This document shows positions 27,232 through 39,076 of a DNA stretch of 64,000 nucleotides, piece by piece. Every line of letters begins with the position of its first letter. Positions within the stretch are counted from its first letter, which is position 1. The stretch spans positions 1,376,001 through 1,440,000 of the forward strand of contig OY968796.1 in the NCBI GenBank assembly GCA_963695545.1, read 5' to 3'. Both the position numbers and the translations under genes were made by a program. The notes beneath the pieces are model-generated. The model was not told the DNA's origin and did not search any database. It worked only from the letters and a program-made list of their open reading frames with translations. The DNA is from Terriglobia bacterium. GTDB lineage: Bacteria > Acidobacteriota > Terriglobia > Acidiferrales > UBA7541.

Positions 27232-29076
27232 TTACGGTACGTCTGCGGAAGCCTCGGGCGAGTCCGCGCTTTGCACGCCGCTCGCATTCACGGCGGTCAC
27301 TACGTAGTAGTACGTCGTGCCCGCGACGACGTTCATGTCCGAATAGCTTTCACCGCCCACGAGCGACGCGCCGTTAATGGGGCTCGTCAGCGATTCGCCG
27401 CCCGGCGAAGTTCCGCGGTACACGTTGTAGCCCGCCACCGACGAGGTGCTGGGCGACCAAGTCAATGAGACCGAATACGTGGTGGGTTGCGTTCCGCTAG
27501 CGGACAGAGAAATCGTGGTCGGCGAATTCGTGGCGTTGCTGGTGATCGTAACGGTGCCGGTCGCGCTCGCAGCCTCGGCCGGAGTGAAGGTTACATTCAT
27601 CGTCGTGCTGCCCGGCGCCAAAATCTGTCCTGTGGAGACGCCGCTGGGAGTGAAACCGGCGCCCGAAATGCTGACGTTGGTCACATCGACGTTGGAATTT
27701 CCGGAATTGGACAGCGTGACTGGAAGGCTCGCGCTCGCTCCCATGGCCACGCTCCCGAAATTCAAGCTCGTGGGGTTGGAGTTCAGCAGCATGGTCGCGG
27801 GAGGATTAACGGTGAGCGTGGCGCTCGAGCTGGATGCGGTGCCGGCCGAGTTGGTGACGGTAGCACTGAATGTTTCTCCGGAATTCGCAGCGGTCGTGGC
27901 CGCGGTTGTGTACGAAGCCGACGTCGCGCCACCGATGGCCGTGCCGTTCATTTTCCACTGATAGCTCAACGGAGCGGTGCCCGTGGCGGCGACAGAGAAC
28001 GCCGCAGTCTGCCCGGCGATCACGGTTTGATTGGCTGGATTCAAAGTAATTGCCGGCGCTATCGTCGGCGCATTAACGGTGAGCGTGGCGCTCGAGCTCG
28101 AAGCGGTGCCGGCCGAGTTGGTGACGGAAGCGCTGAATGTTTCTCCCGAATTCGCGGTGGTGGTGGCCGCGGTTGTGTAGGAAGCCGACGTCGCACCGCT
28201 GATCGCCGTGCCGTTCATTTTCCACTGGTAGCTCAGCGGGGCGGTCCCAGTGGCGGTGACAGAGAACGCCGCGGTCTGCCCCGCGGTCACGGTCTGATTG
28301 GCCGGATTCGAAGTAATTGCCGGGGCTGTGGCTGGCGCATTGACGGTGAGCGTGGCGCTTGAGCTGTTCGCGGTGCCGGCCTTATTGCTGACGGCGACGC
28401 TGAATGTTTCTCCGGAGTTCGCGGTGGATGTGGCTGCAACAGTGTACGAAGCCGAGGTTGCGCCGCTGATCGCTGCTCCGTTCATCTTCCATTGGTAGCT
28501 CAGCGGCGCCGTCCCCGTGGCGCTGACGGAGAATGCCGCCGTCTGCCCAGCGGTCACCGCTTGATTGCCGGGATTCGATGTGATTGTCGGCGGCGTGGGC
28601 GGCGGAGTCGAAGCGGCTTGTTTCACGCCGGTTGCGGAAAGTTCGATCGTCGCCCGGGAGCTTGAGCCAGTTGAGCCTGGTGTTCCCGAGCTGAATGTGA
28701 AGGTCAGTTGGGCGGCGTATTCGCGCGCGGCCGCGGGCGTGAAGGTCACGAAGCCGCTCAGGCTTTGGCCTTCGCTGAGCACTACGGGCAGCGCGGGGCC
28801 CGAATAGGAGAACTCAAGCGAGGACGAGCGCGCGCTTGTGACGCTGACTTGTCCGGTTGTGATGTTCGTCAGCGTTACGGCCACGGGAGCGCTCGTCGTG
28901 TCCGTCGTTTGCGATGGGAAACTCACGGAAACAGGGCTGAGCGATACGGGCGATGCGGATGATCGGAATTGCTTCGCTGATGCAGCTACCGTCAGGAGCG
29001 ACGTGCCCAGCACTAGACACGACAAAGCCCCCAGAATCCTGCATCGAATTAATCGATTATGTGATGTTCCCCGCAT
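27232..29076 (-). CDS. Surface protein with ASH/choice-of-anchor-D domains, three Ig-like repeats and C-terminal Fn3-like domain
   Basis: Ser/Thr-rich; three 'P.IT.NP.NQ.V.AGQTAAFSV.ATGTAPLSYQWKMNG' units; 'YNVYRG', 'YYYVVTAV'. Confidence 0.85.
   Translation of the reverse strand: MRGTSHNRLIRCRILGALSCLVLGTSLLTVAASAKQFRSSASPVSLSPVSVSFPSQTTDTTSAPVAVTLTNITTGQVSVTSARSSSLEFSYSGPALPVVLSEGQSLSGFVTFTPAAAREYAAQLTFTFSSGTPGSTGSSSRATIELSATGVKQAASTPPPTPPTITSNPGNQAVTAGQTAAFSVSATGTAPLSYQWKMNGAAISGATSASYTVAATSTANSGETFSVAVSNKAGTANSSSATLTVNAPATAPAITSNPANQTVTAGQTAAFSVTATGTAPLSYQWKMNGTAISGATSASYTTAATTTANSGETFSASVTNSAGTASSSSATLTVNAPTIAPAITLNPANQTVIAGQTAAFSVAATGTAPLSYQWKMNGTAIGGATSASYTTAATTAANSGETFSATVTNSAGTASSSSATLTVNPPATMLLNSNPTSLNFGSVAMGASASLPVTLSNSGNSNVDVTNVSISGAGFTPSGVSTGQILAPGSTTMNVTFTPAEAASATGTVTITSNATNSPTTISLSASGTQPTTYSVSLTWSPSTSSVAGYNVYRGTSPGGESLTSPINGASLVGGESYSDMNVVAGTTYYYVVTAVNASGVQSADSPEASADVP
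27806..28590 (-). repeat. Three tandem 267-bp intragenic Ig-domain repeats
   Basis: Equivalent positions at 27806, 28073 and 28340. Confidence 0.85.
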
Positions 29077-29359
29077 CGCTTCCCCCGATTCACCGACGCA
29101 TGTCGGCTCGAGCGAGGCCCCGCATGAAGATGGGGCGCCCGACACACGCACGATAGGCTTCAGAGGAGATCGGTTTCGACTGGCGTCAGGGACAGATTCA
29201 GTACAGCGCGGACAGCACTGCTAAGTACAGGTTCAGGTGGTGGCCGTGTGCAGCCCCAAGGTCATCGCGAAATAAGCGCGGGGGATCGTGGCGGACGAGA
29301 AAGTCGAAGCCCGATTAACTCGCCACAATTTCCGCGCACGCCTGCTGTGGCCAGAAAAT

Positions 29360-30301
29360 TCAGGGCTTGGGGTGGGCGGCGAAGAAGGACCAGATCAGAT
29401 CGGTGGCCGGAACGCTGTTGCCGCTAAGCGGGTGGCCCGGCCACATGTGGTGTCCGCCTTGGATGGCGTAAAGCTCCACAGCCGTGCCGTCTTTGCACCC
29501 CGAATATTTGTCGACCTGAGCTTCAGCCACTTCTTCGTGCGTAGGCGGTGATGGACAGGCGTCGCGCTTGATCCAAAAATCCACGGCGTAGGCCACCGAG
29601 TTGTCGGTGCGTTTTCCGCCGATCTGAAAGGGCGTGCTCCCGCCGTCAAAAGGGACCAGGTGGTCGTCAGTGCCGTGAAAGGTCAACACCGAGACGCGCG
29701 CCGCGGGCCGGCAATCGACGTTCTGAGCGCCTTCCACCGGAGAAATAGCCGCGACCTGGTCCGACATTTCGCAGGCTACGCGATACGACATCATCGCGCC
29801 GTTGGAGATTCCGGTGAAGTAGATGCGCTTGCGGTCGATGCTGTAATCGCGCTCAAGTTCCGCGAGCAGCGCGCGAAGGAAGCCGATGTCGTCAACGTGG
29901 TTCTCGATCGCGTAGCCGCAGCAGTTTCCGGCGTTCCACGTGGGTATATCGCTGATGCGGCCGGTGCCGCTCGGATAGATCGCAAGGAAATGTTGCTGGT
30001 CGGCCTTGGCGCTCATGCCGGACATGCTTTCGACGCTTTGTGTGCTTTGCGTGGCGCCATGCAATACAAACACAAGCGGCATCGGCGTCGTGCCGTCGTA
30101 GCCGGGCGGAATGTGAAGCAGATAGGTGCGCGTAAGGCCGCCAAATTCCATCGAACCGGAACGCGTGCCGGCCTGCGTTGCAGCAGCAGATTCCGGCGCG
30201 GGGCTCGCCACAGCTTTGCGGTGCCGCCAAGCGATGGCACACAGAAGCAGCACGACAATGCTCAGGATGAAAACTCTTCGGATTCGTGTGCGCACGCCCA
30301 T
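29360..30301 (-). CDS. PHB depolymerase/LpqC-family alpha/beta esterase
   Basis: 'LVFVLHG', 'WNAGNCCG', 'DDIGFL', nucleophile 'GISNG', 'HGTDD', 'GGHHMWPG'. Confidence 0.87.
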   Translation of the reverse strand: MGVRTRIRRVFILSIVVLLLCAIAWRHRKAVASPAPESAAATQAGTRSGSMEFGGLTRTYLLHIPPGYDGTTPMPLVFVLHGATQSTQSVESMSGMSAKADQQHFLAIYPSGTGRISDIPTWNAGNCCGYAIENHVDDIGFLRALLAELERDYSIDRKRIYFTGISNGAMMSYRVACEMSDQVAAISPVEGAQNVDCRPAARVSVLTFHGTDDHLVPFDGGSTPFQIGGKRTDNSVAYAVDFWIKRDACPSPPTHEEVAEAQVDKYSGCKDGTAVELYAIQGGHHMWPGHPLSGNSVPATDLIWSFFAAHPKP

Positions 30302-30472
30302 GGAGTCGCCGCTTGCAAACCATCCTACGCGGGCTCGAATATGCGCCAGCCGAAAATTTTCTTTCCTACGTCGGGAATGTCACTACCGTCGAAGAGTACA
30401 GCATGTCGAGAAGGAACAGGCTGCGGCCGCGCACTAGCGCGAGCCGAAGCGGGCCAGATTCGCCGAAGACGA

Positions 30473-31048
30473 TTACCGCAGATCACCGGGCGGAATGTCG
30501 TTGTGGCGTGCCATGTCGAGTAGCGCGTCGATTTTCGCCTGGGTGTCCGCCGCTTGCTTCTGCAGCGCCGCCACTTGTTCCTGCGGCGTTCCGGCCGGAG
30601 CGCGTGCGCCCATGGATACCCCGGAATCGCCTCGGCTGTCGCCGTCGATGGCCGATTGCGCTGAAGCCATTTCATCGTTGATCCGGTCGAGTGCAGCGTA
30701 GAGCGGGGCAAGTTGCTTCCGGTACCATTCCGGGTCTTTTTCATTGGGCAGTTTGGCTGCCGTGGTCCCCGGCTTCGCGGCAGTCTTCTGATCCGTGGTC
30801 GCTGCGGGAGCTGCGGGGGTGTTGCCGATCACGGAAATGCCGCCCGCGCCCTGGTCGCGCAGTTGGTCCACGTCGTCGTTCGTCCAGACCTTCTTCTGCG
30901 GCGCCGGCGGAGGATTGGGCGTCTGTGTCTGAGTCGAAGTCGAGGTCGAAGTCGAAGTTGACGCCTGGGCACGTAAGCTTACCGGGCGCGTCGTCAAGGC
31001 TTCTGCCAGCACAAGAAGAACTACAACGGTAAAGAGAGAGGGTTTCAT
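30473..31048 (-). CDS. Secreted hypothetical protein
   Basis: Signal peptide, ST repeat, 'KKVWTNDD', coiled-coil C-terminus. Confidence 0.75.
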   Translation of the reverse strand: MKPSLFTVVVLLVLAEALTTRPVSLRAQASTSTSTSTSTQTQTPNPPPAPQKKVWTNDDVDQLRDQGAGGISVIGNTPAAPAATTDQKTAAKPGTTAAKLPNEKDPEWYRKQLAPLYAALDRINDEMASAQSAIDGDSRGDSGVSMGARAPAGTPQEQVAALQKQAADTQAKIDALLDMARHNDIPPGDLR

Positions 31049-31090
31049 GGCCTTATTACCTCTTTGACCCCCATTATAAGCCTGCGGGGT

Positions 31091-31996
31091 TCAGGGGCGT
31101 GGCGGGTCGGTAGCCGAGGTGTTCAACTCATTACGGACGGCCTGCAATTCCTCGGCAGGCGACCCCACACGGCGGTACTGGCTGAATTCGGTGATTTCGT
31201 GATCGGCGTATGGGAAGATGAATTTTCGGCCGTCGAAATCGTATTGGTAGCGGACCGGCTCCCAGACCCCAGGAGCCACCTCGGCTTGATCCATGACGAA
31301 CCGGCCGCCGCGATATAGCTTTGCGATGATGCCTGCGCCGAACCAGACGTCGCTCGTGATCGCGGCCTCCAGGTGCACCACTTGCGCCGTCGATTCGTCT
31401 ATCCAAACGACGGCGCGCAGATGCTGCAGCACCTGGGCGGTGGGCGTCGTCGCATGAAAGTCGGGATTCGGGTCCATTTGCAATTTGATCACCGGGTGGC
31501 CGTCGCGCATCTCGCGCCCGAGCCATGAGAAATGAAACGCGTTGCCTACGTTTGTGACCAAGTCGGCGCGATCCTTCTGGCGCCGGCTGTAACGGGCCAG
31601 CGTTTGCTGTTCGGTCGCGTCGGGGTTTGCCACCATGGTCAGCACGTTCGCCAGATACTCCAGTTGCGCGCGATACGCCGTCGGGTCGGCCGGCTTTCCC
31701 GGCGCGGCCAGCGGCAGGCGCATGATGCCGGTACCGGTCGGAAGAACGCGGTTGAGCGTTTCCTGTGTCACAGGCGGATTCGTGCCGGCTTTTCGGATCC
31801 AGTCGTGCTCGATGCGCTCGTATTGATCGAGAAGCTGGTCATTGCGATGCTGATTCGCAATCACGCGCTGAGACAACATCTGAACTTCAGCGGGCGAAGG
31901 CGGCTGATCTTGGCCCGGAGCGCTTTGCGGAGGCTTTGCGGCGAGCGCGGCCGCAGCGATGGTCGCGACGAGGAGCGTTGCGAGCAAGTGTCTCAT
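31091..31996 (-). CDS. Secreted hypothetical protein (LolA/MucB-like beta fold possible)
   Basis: Signal peptide; 'VWIDESTAQVVHLEA', 'EFSQYRR'. Confidence 0.7.
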   Translation of the reverse strand: MRHLLATLLVATIAAAALAAKPPQSAPGQDQPPSPAEVQMLSQRVIANQHRNDQLLDQYERIEHDWIRKAGTNPPVTQETLNRVLPTGTGIMRLPLAAPGKPADPTAYRAQLEYLANVLTMVANPDATEQQTLARYSRRQKDRADLVTNVGNAFHFSWLGREMRDGHPVIKLQMDPNPDFHATTPTAQVLQHLRAVVWIDESTAQVVHLEAAITSDVWFGAGIIAKLYRGGRFVMDQAEVAPGVWEPVRYQYDFDGRKFIFPYADHEITEFSQYRRVGSPAEELQAVRNELNTSATDPPRP

Positions 31997-32196
31997 TGTG
32001 GTCTTGGCGCAGGGCGCCCCGATCGTTTTTCGATCGTTCGGGCGTCGCTCGCAATTTGATTCTTTTCGCGCCGAGTGAGTTGCAAAGGTATTCTAAGGGG
32101 TGCGCTCGCGTGGGCGATAGTGTGGGAACTGCGAGCGCCTCAAAAGCGTAACTTAAAGCGCCGGGTGACGTACTAACGGCCGAGGATCCGAAGAAG

Positions 32197-33453
32197 ATGT
32201 TCTGGAAGCGCGGCAAATCCGGAGGCACGGGCGTGGCCGTCGGCGAGACTCTGCTTCTCGCCCTCGACACGCTGCGCGTGCACAAGCTGCGGAGTTTCCT
32301 CACGCTGCTGGGAATTATTTTGGCCGTCACCACGCTGGTGGCCGTGATGTCGATTGTGAACGGGCTGAATCTGTACGTTGCGAGCAAGATCGCCAATCTC
32401 GGCGCGAACAGCTTTGTGGTGGCCCGCTTCGGCATCATCACCAACGCGCAAGAATGGTTCAAAGCACAGAGCCGGCCATACGTGGCCGCGAGCGATCTCG
32501 ATTTACTGAAAGACCGCATGCAACTGGCCTCGCAGATCGCGGCCGTGGAAGATTCCACGCACGACGCACGTTACGGAAACGTGCTGAATGAAAATGCGGA
32601 TCTGATCGGCGCGACCGCAAACTACGGGGACATTCGCAGCATCGGCGTGGCCTTGGGCCGCGGCATCACGCCTTCGGATGATGCGCACCACGCATCGGTC
32701 TGCGTGCTGGGCGCCGACGTGGCCGCGAAACTTTTTCCGAACGAGGATCCGTTGGGCAAAACGATCCGCGTGGAATCCGAGAGCTACCAAGTGGTGGGCG
32801 TGGCGGCGACCATCGGCAGCGTGCTGGGAATCTCGCTGGATAATTTCGTGATGGTGCCGTTTCGCACGTATGAAAAGCAGTGGCACACGCCGACCGGCTC
32901 GATCACGATGTTCGTCGAAGCCAACAGCGGAGATCAAATGGACGCCGCGGCGGACGAGGTGCGCATGATTTTGCGCGCGGCTCGCCACGTTCCGTATGAC
33001 GCCCCGGACGATTTTGGAATCATCATGCCCAGTTCGATCATGAATCTTTGGCAGGAAATCACGGGCAATATTTTCGCCATCGCCGTGTGGCTCACCTCAG
33101 TGTTCCTGGTGATCGGCGGCATCGTGATCATGAACATCATGCTCGCCAGCGTCACCGAGCGCACGCGCGAAATCGGTATTCGCAAAGCGCTCGGAGCGCG
33201 CCGGCGTCACATCATCCTGCAATTCCTTTTGGAATCGGCAACGCTCTCGGCGGTCGGCGGCGTGATGGGCCTCGCGCTGGCGTTGGGGATTGCGGCGCTC
33301 GTTCGCGCGACAACATCGATGCCGATTTCGACTCCCTGGAGCGTAATCGCGACGGCCCTTGCCATGTCCACCACCGTGGGATTGTTCTTCGGGATTTATC
33401 CGGCAGTGCGCGCGTCGCGCCTGGATCCGATTGTGGCCTTGCGCGCGGAATAA
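32197..33453 (+). CDS. MacB/FtsX-family ABC transporter permease
   Basis: 'HKLRSFLTLLGII', 'GGIVIMNIMLASVTERTREIGIRKALGA', 'LDPIVALRAE'. Confidence 0.93.
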   Translation: MFWKRGKSGGTGVAVGETLLLALDTLRVHKLRSFLTLLGIILAVTTLVAVMSIVNGLNLYVASKIANLGANSFVVARFGIITNAQEWFKAQSRPYVAASDLDLLKDRMQLASQIAAVEDSTHDARYGNVLNENADLIGATANYGDIRSIGVALGRGITPSDDAHHASVCVLGADVAAKLFPNEDPLGKTIRVESESYQVVGVAATIGSVLGISLDNFVMVPFRTYEKQWHTPTGSITMFVEANSGDQMDAAADEVRMILRAARHVPYDAPDDFGIIMPSSIMNLWQEITGNIFAIAVWLTSVFLVIGGIVIMNIMLASVTERTREIGIRKALGARRRHIILQFLLESATLSAVGGVMGLALALGIAALVRATTSMPISTPWSVIATALAMSTTVGLFFGIYPAVRASRLDPIVALRAE

Positions 33454-33506
33454 ACGGCTAGCGAGAGCAACGGAAGTCGACCGTAGGCTACGAGGGAATA
33501 CCGCCA

Positions 33507-34745
33507 ATGGCGCAGGACGTTAAGGAAAATCTGGTGCTGGCGTTCGACACGCTGCGGTCGCACAAGCTGCGCAGCTTCCTCACGATCTTAGGGGTGATCA
33601 TCGGCGTATCCGTGCTCATGCTGGTAGGCGCGCTGATCGCCGGCTTCAACCAGAGCGTGGTGGACAACATCACCAGTTTCGGCGGCGATTCTGCGTACAT
33701 CTCCCGGCTCAATTCGGGGCCTACCGTCACGCGTCCCACCAAGGAGCAACTCGAGCGCAAGCCGCTCACCGTGGAAGATGCCGAAGCAATTGCGCAGAAT
33801 CCGCACGTGAAAGCGGTCACCGCGTGGATCGGCTTTTGGCAGGTGTCGCACAACGTGTTCTACCAAACTAACGAAGTGGACGCCGTGGATTTCCGCGGCA
33901 CGTTCGCCAACTACCCCGAGGTCTACGCCAACGCCGCGATGCAGGAAGGGCGGTACTTCACCGATACCGAAAACGAGCATCGTGAGAAAGTCACCGTGCT
34001 CGGCCACGATGTCGCGAAGGCTTTGTTTGGCACTTTGCCCGCCGTGGACAAGGAAGTACGCATCGACGGCTCAACGTTCCGCGTGGTCGGCGTGCTCGAA
34101 AGACCCAAGGGAAATTTCGGCGCAAATGATGAAGACCGCCGCGTGCTGATCCCGCTCGACACGTTTATGGAAATCTATCCGGCCGCCAACGAAATCAGCA
34201 TGCGCGTGCAAGGCCTCACGGGAATGCTGGATCAAGCCGTCGACGAGACGCGCGAGACGTTACGCCGCCGGCGCCGCGTGCCATACAACCAGCCCGATAA
34301 TTTCTCCATTCAAACCGCCGAAGAATCCGTCGAGCAATTCCATCAGATCATCGGCATGGTCGCGCTGGCTATGGTGGTATTGAGCTCGATCGGTTTGCTG
34401 ATCGGAGGCGTTGGCGTGATGAATATCATGCTCGTCAGCGTCACCGAGCGCACCCGCGAAATCGGCGTGCGCAAAGCCATCGGCGCGCGCCGCCGCGACA
34501 TCGTGCGGCAATTTTTATTCGAAGCCGTGGCGTTGACGGGCACCGGCGGCGTTCTCGCCGTTGCGATCACCGGCGGAATCATCGTGCCCGTGATTCGTTG
34601 GACCACCTTGATGAAGGCCGTGATTCCGGCGTGGGCCATTGCGATCGGCCTAGCGGCGTCGATCTCGGTTGGTCTGATATTTGGCGTGTGGCCCGCGGCG
34701 CGCGCCGCGCGTTTGGATCCGGTGGAAGCGTTGCGCTACGAGTGA
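33507..34745 (+). CDS. MacB/FtsX-family ABC transporter permease (paralog)
   Basis: 'HKLRSFLTILGVII', 'GGVGVMNIMLVSVTERTREIGVRKAIGA', 'LDPVEALRYE'. Confidence 0.93.
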   Translation: MAQDVKENLVLAFDTLRSHKLRSFLTILGVIIGVSVLMLVGALIAGFNQSVVDNITSFGGDSAYISRLNSGPTVTRPTKEQLERKPLTVEDAEAIAQNPHVKAVTAWIGFWQVSHNVFYQTNEVDAVDFRGTFANYPEVYANAAMQEGRYFTDTENEHREKVTVLGHDVAKALFGTLPAVDKEVRIDGSTFRVVGVLERPKGNFGANDEDRRVLIPLDTFMEIYPAANEISMRVQGLTGMLDQAVDETRETLRRRRRVPYNQPDNFSIQTAEESVEQFHQIIGMVALAMVVLSSIGLLIGGVGVMNIMLVSVTERTREIGVRKAIGARRRDIVRQFLFEAVALTGTGGVLAVAITGGIIVPVIRWTTLMKAVIPAWAIAIGLAASISVGLIFGVWPAARAARLDPVEALRYE

Positions 34746-34795
34746 AAACGCTCGTTTTGGTACGCTTCGATGGATTGGGCTGTTCCGCAACGACA

Positions 34796-34842
34796 CCACA
34801 ACATCTAGACACTTTGGACACCGACACCCGAATATTTTGTAT
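34796..34842 (+). promoter_or_regulatory. Tandem NrdR boxes
   Basis: CCACAACATCTAGACA (34796) and CCCGAATATTTTGTAT (34827) resemble acaCwAtATaTwGtgt, 31 bp apart, upstream of nrdJ. Confidence 0.8.
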
Positions 34843-34859
34843 TTTTTTGCAAAACCCAC

Positions 34860-34888
34860 TTGACAGCTTTTCGCGATCTCTGTAGATT
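34860..34888 (+). promoter_or_regulatory. Sigma70-type promoter of nrdJ
   Basis: TTGACA-17 bp-TAGATT. Confidence 0.8.
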
Positions 34889-35267
34889 GCGCCCTCAGAT
34901 TCGGAGAATCGTATTCGGGACGGCGCGACTCCTTTTCACCCCGGGAACCGCTGGCCGAACCGAAACGTAATCGACCGGGTTTCGCCCAAACAACGAGGGG
35001 GCTTCCCTTTCCCTCCCCGTCGCCAGCCCGATGCTTCAGGCCGGCGAGGCGCTTTCGAAGCGGCAGTGCGCGTCATGAAAATCGCGTGCAACCGCTGCGT
35101 AGGAGTTGCGTCGTCTTCGGACGCATTTGGGTACCTTGGGACGATTTTTCGAATCCAGCGGCGCCTGCCTGAGAATCAGGCACCGCGAACTCCTAATACG
35201 CAATTAGGAGTACAATAGACGGGTTCGCACACCGACGAGCCCGCCGGCCTGCGCGGAGGCGGAAAAC

Positions 35268-38117
<2,850 letters not shown>

Positions 38118-38215
38118 GGGCCGCAACTGGCCGCGATCGCGGAAACATCCGCAACGGAGATCGGCGTGCGCCGGGGGCGTAGCGCGCGCCGCATTCCAAA
38201 AAGTTCCTGATAGTC

Positions 38216-38701
38216 ATGACCGCGCCGGCGATCGAACCCGTGCTTCGCGTCGGGCAATTAATTCCTCCGCTCGCCGCGCGCGCCCCGGATGGCACGCCGG
38301 TCCAGGCCTGGGACTTCCGGCAAAAACGAAATCTCGCCATCGTGTTTCTGCATTCAGAGTGCGTCACCTGCGCGGGGTTCCTCGAGCGCCTCGCGCGTCG
38401 CGCCGCGGATTTTCCTGAGCGCGATGCAGCCGTCCTGGTGGTCTTGTCGCACTTGCCTCTGCCGGGCAGCTCTCTCCCCGCGCCTCTCGTGCTCACCGCC
38501 GATCCCACCGGCAATTCCAGTGTCCATTATTTTGGGAAGAAGGCGGCAAACGCGGGCGGCCCTGGCCCGGTCGGAGTGTTCCTAGCCGACCGCTACGGCC
38601 AGCTTTCGATGCAGTGGGTAGGCGGCGAGGCGAGCCAACTGCCCAGCGCCGAAGAGATCCTCGGGGGTCTTCTAGAAACGCAGCATGCCGGAGAAGGATG
38701 A
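38216..38701 (+). CDS. Redoxin/AhpC-TSA-like thioredoxin-fold protein
   Basis: 'LRVGQLIP', 'DFRQKRNLAIVF', CxxC 'CVTC', 'VFLADRYG'. Confidence 0.7.
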   Translation: MTAPAIEPVLRVGQLIPPLAARAPDGTPVQAWDFRQKRNLAIVFLHSECVTCAGFLERLARRAADFPERDAAVLVVLSHLPLPGSSLPAPLVLTADPTGNSSVHYFGKKAANAGGPGPVGVFLADRYGQLSMQWVGGEASQLPSAEEILGGLLETQHAGEG

Positions 38702-38749
38702 CGTCGTTCGCGACATCCGAGACGCTCGGGGTGTCGGCTGGAAGCGCTT

Positions 38750-38788
38750 AGAAAAGGAAAAGGGGCCCCACCCCGGGCCCCTCTTTCT
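38750..38788. terminator. Bidirectional intrinsic terminator
   Basis: AGGGGCCC-cacccc-GGGCCCCT stem, A-rich left flank and T-rich right flank. Confidence 0.8.
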
Positions 38789-38871
38789 TACTTGCACTCA
38801 CCCCGTCCCGCCGTAGCGGGACATTAACCACCACCCCTACAGCCACCCCGGGAAAAAAACCGAACTCTTGC
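38752..38871 (-). ncRNA. Candidate sigma54-dependent small RNA (~120 nt)
   Basis: Lies between a sigma54 promoter and a U-tailed terminator; contains GTCCCGC-TACG-GCGGGAC hairpin. Confidence 0.55.
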
Positions 38872-38881
38872 CCATTACTAG

Positions 38882-38897
38882 TGCAAGTGCCATGCCA
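38882..38897 (-). promoter_or_regulatory. Sigma54 -24/-12 promoter
   Basis: TGGCAT-GGCAC-TTGCA versus consensus TGGCAC-N5-TTGCW. Confidence 0.75.
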
Positions 38898-39076
38898 GCC
38901 GCAGGTCGCGTTCGAAATACCTCGTAACTCATTTTATTCTAGTAGGTTAGCCACATAGCGGCGCCGGCGTGTGCTACCGCCGGCGCGAATAGCCCTATGC
39001 TTTCTCACAAACCAGAAGCCCGCGCCTACAAACTTTGGGAGAATTCTCAAAATGGGCTCCCCCGGGACAACTTCGC

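Noticed and set aside
34895..35267. Cobalamin riboswitch before nrdJ
   Set aside because: No recognisable B12-box or conserved core by eye; kept only as an unknown structured leader
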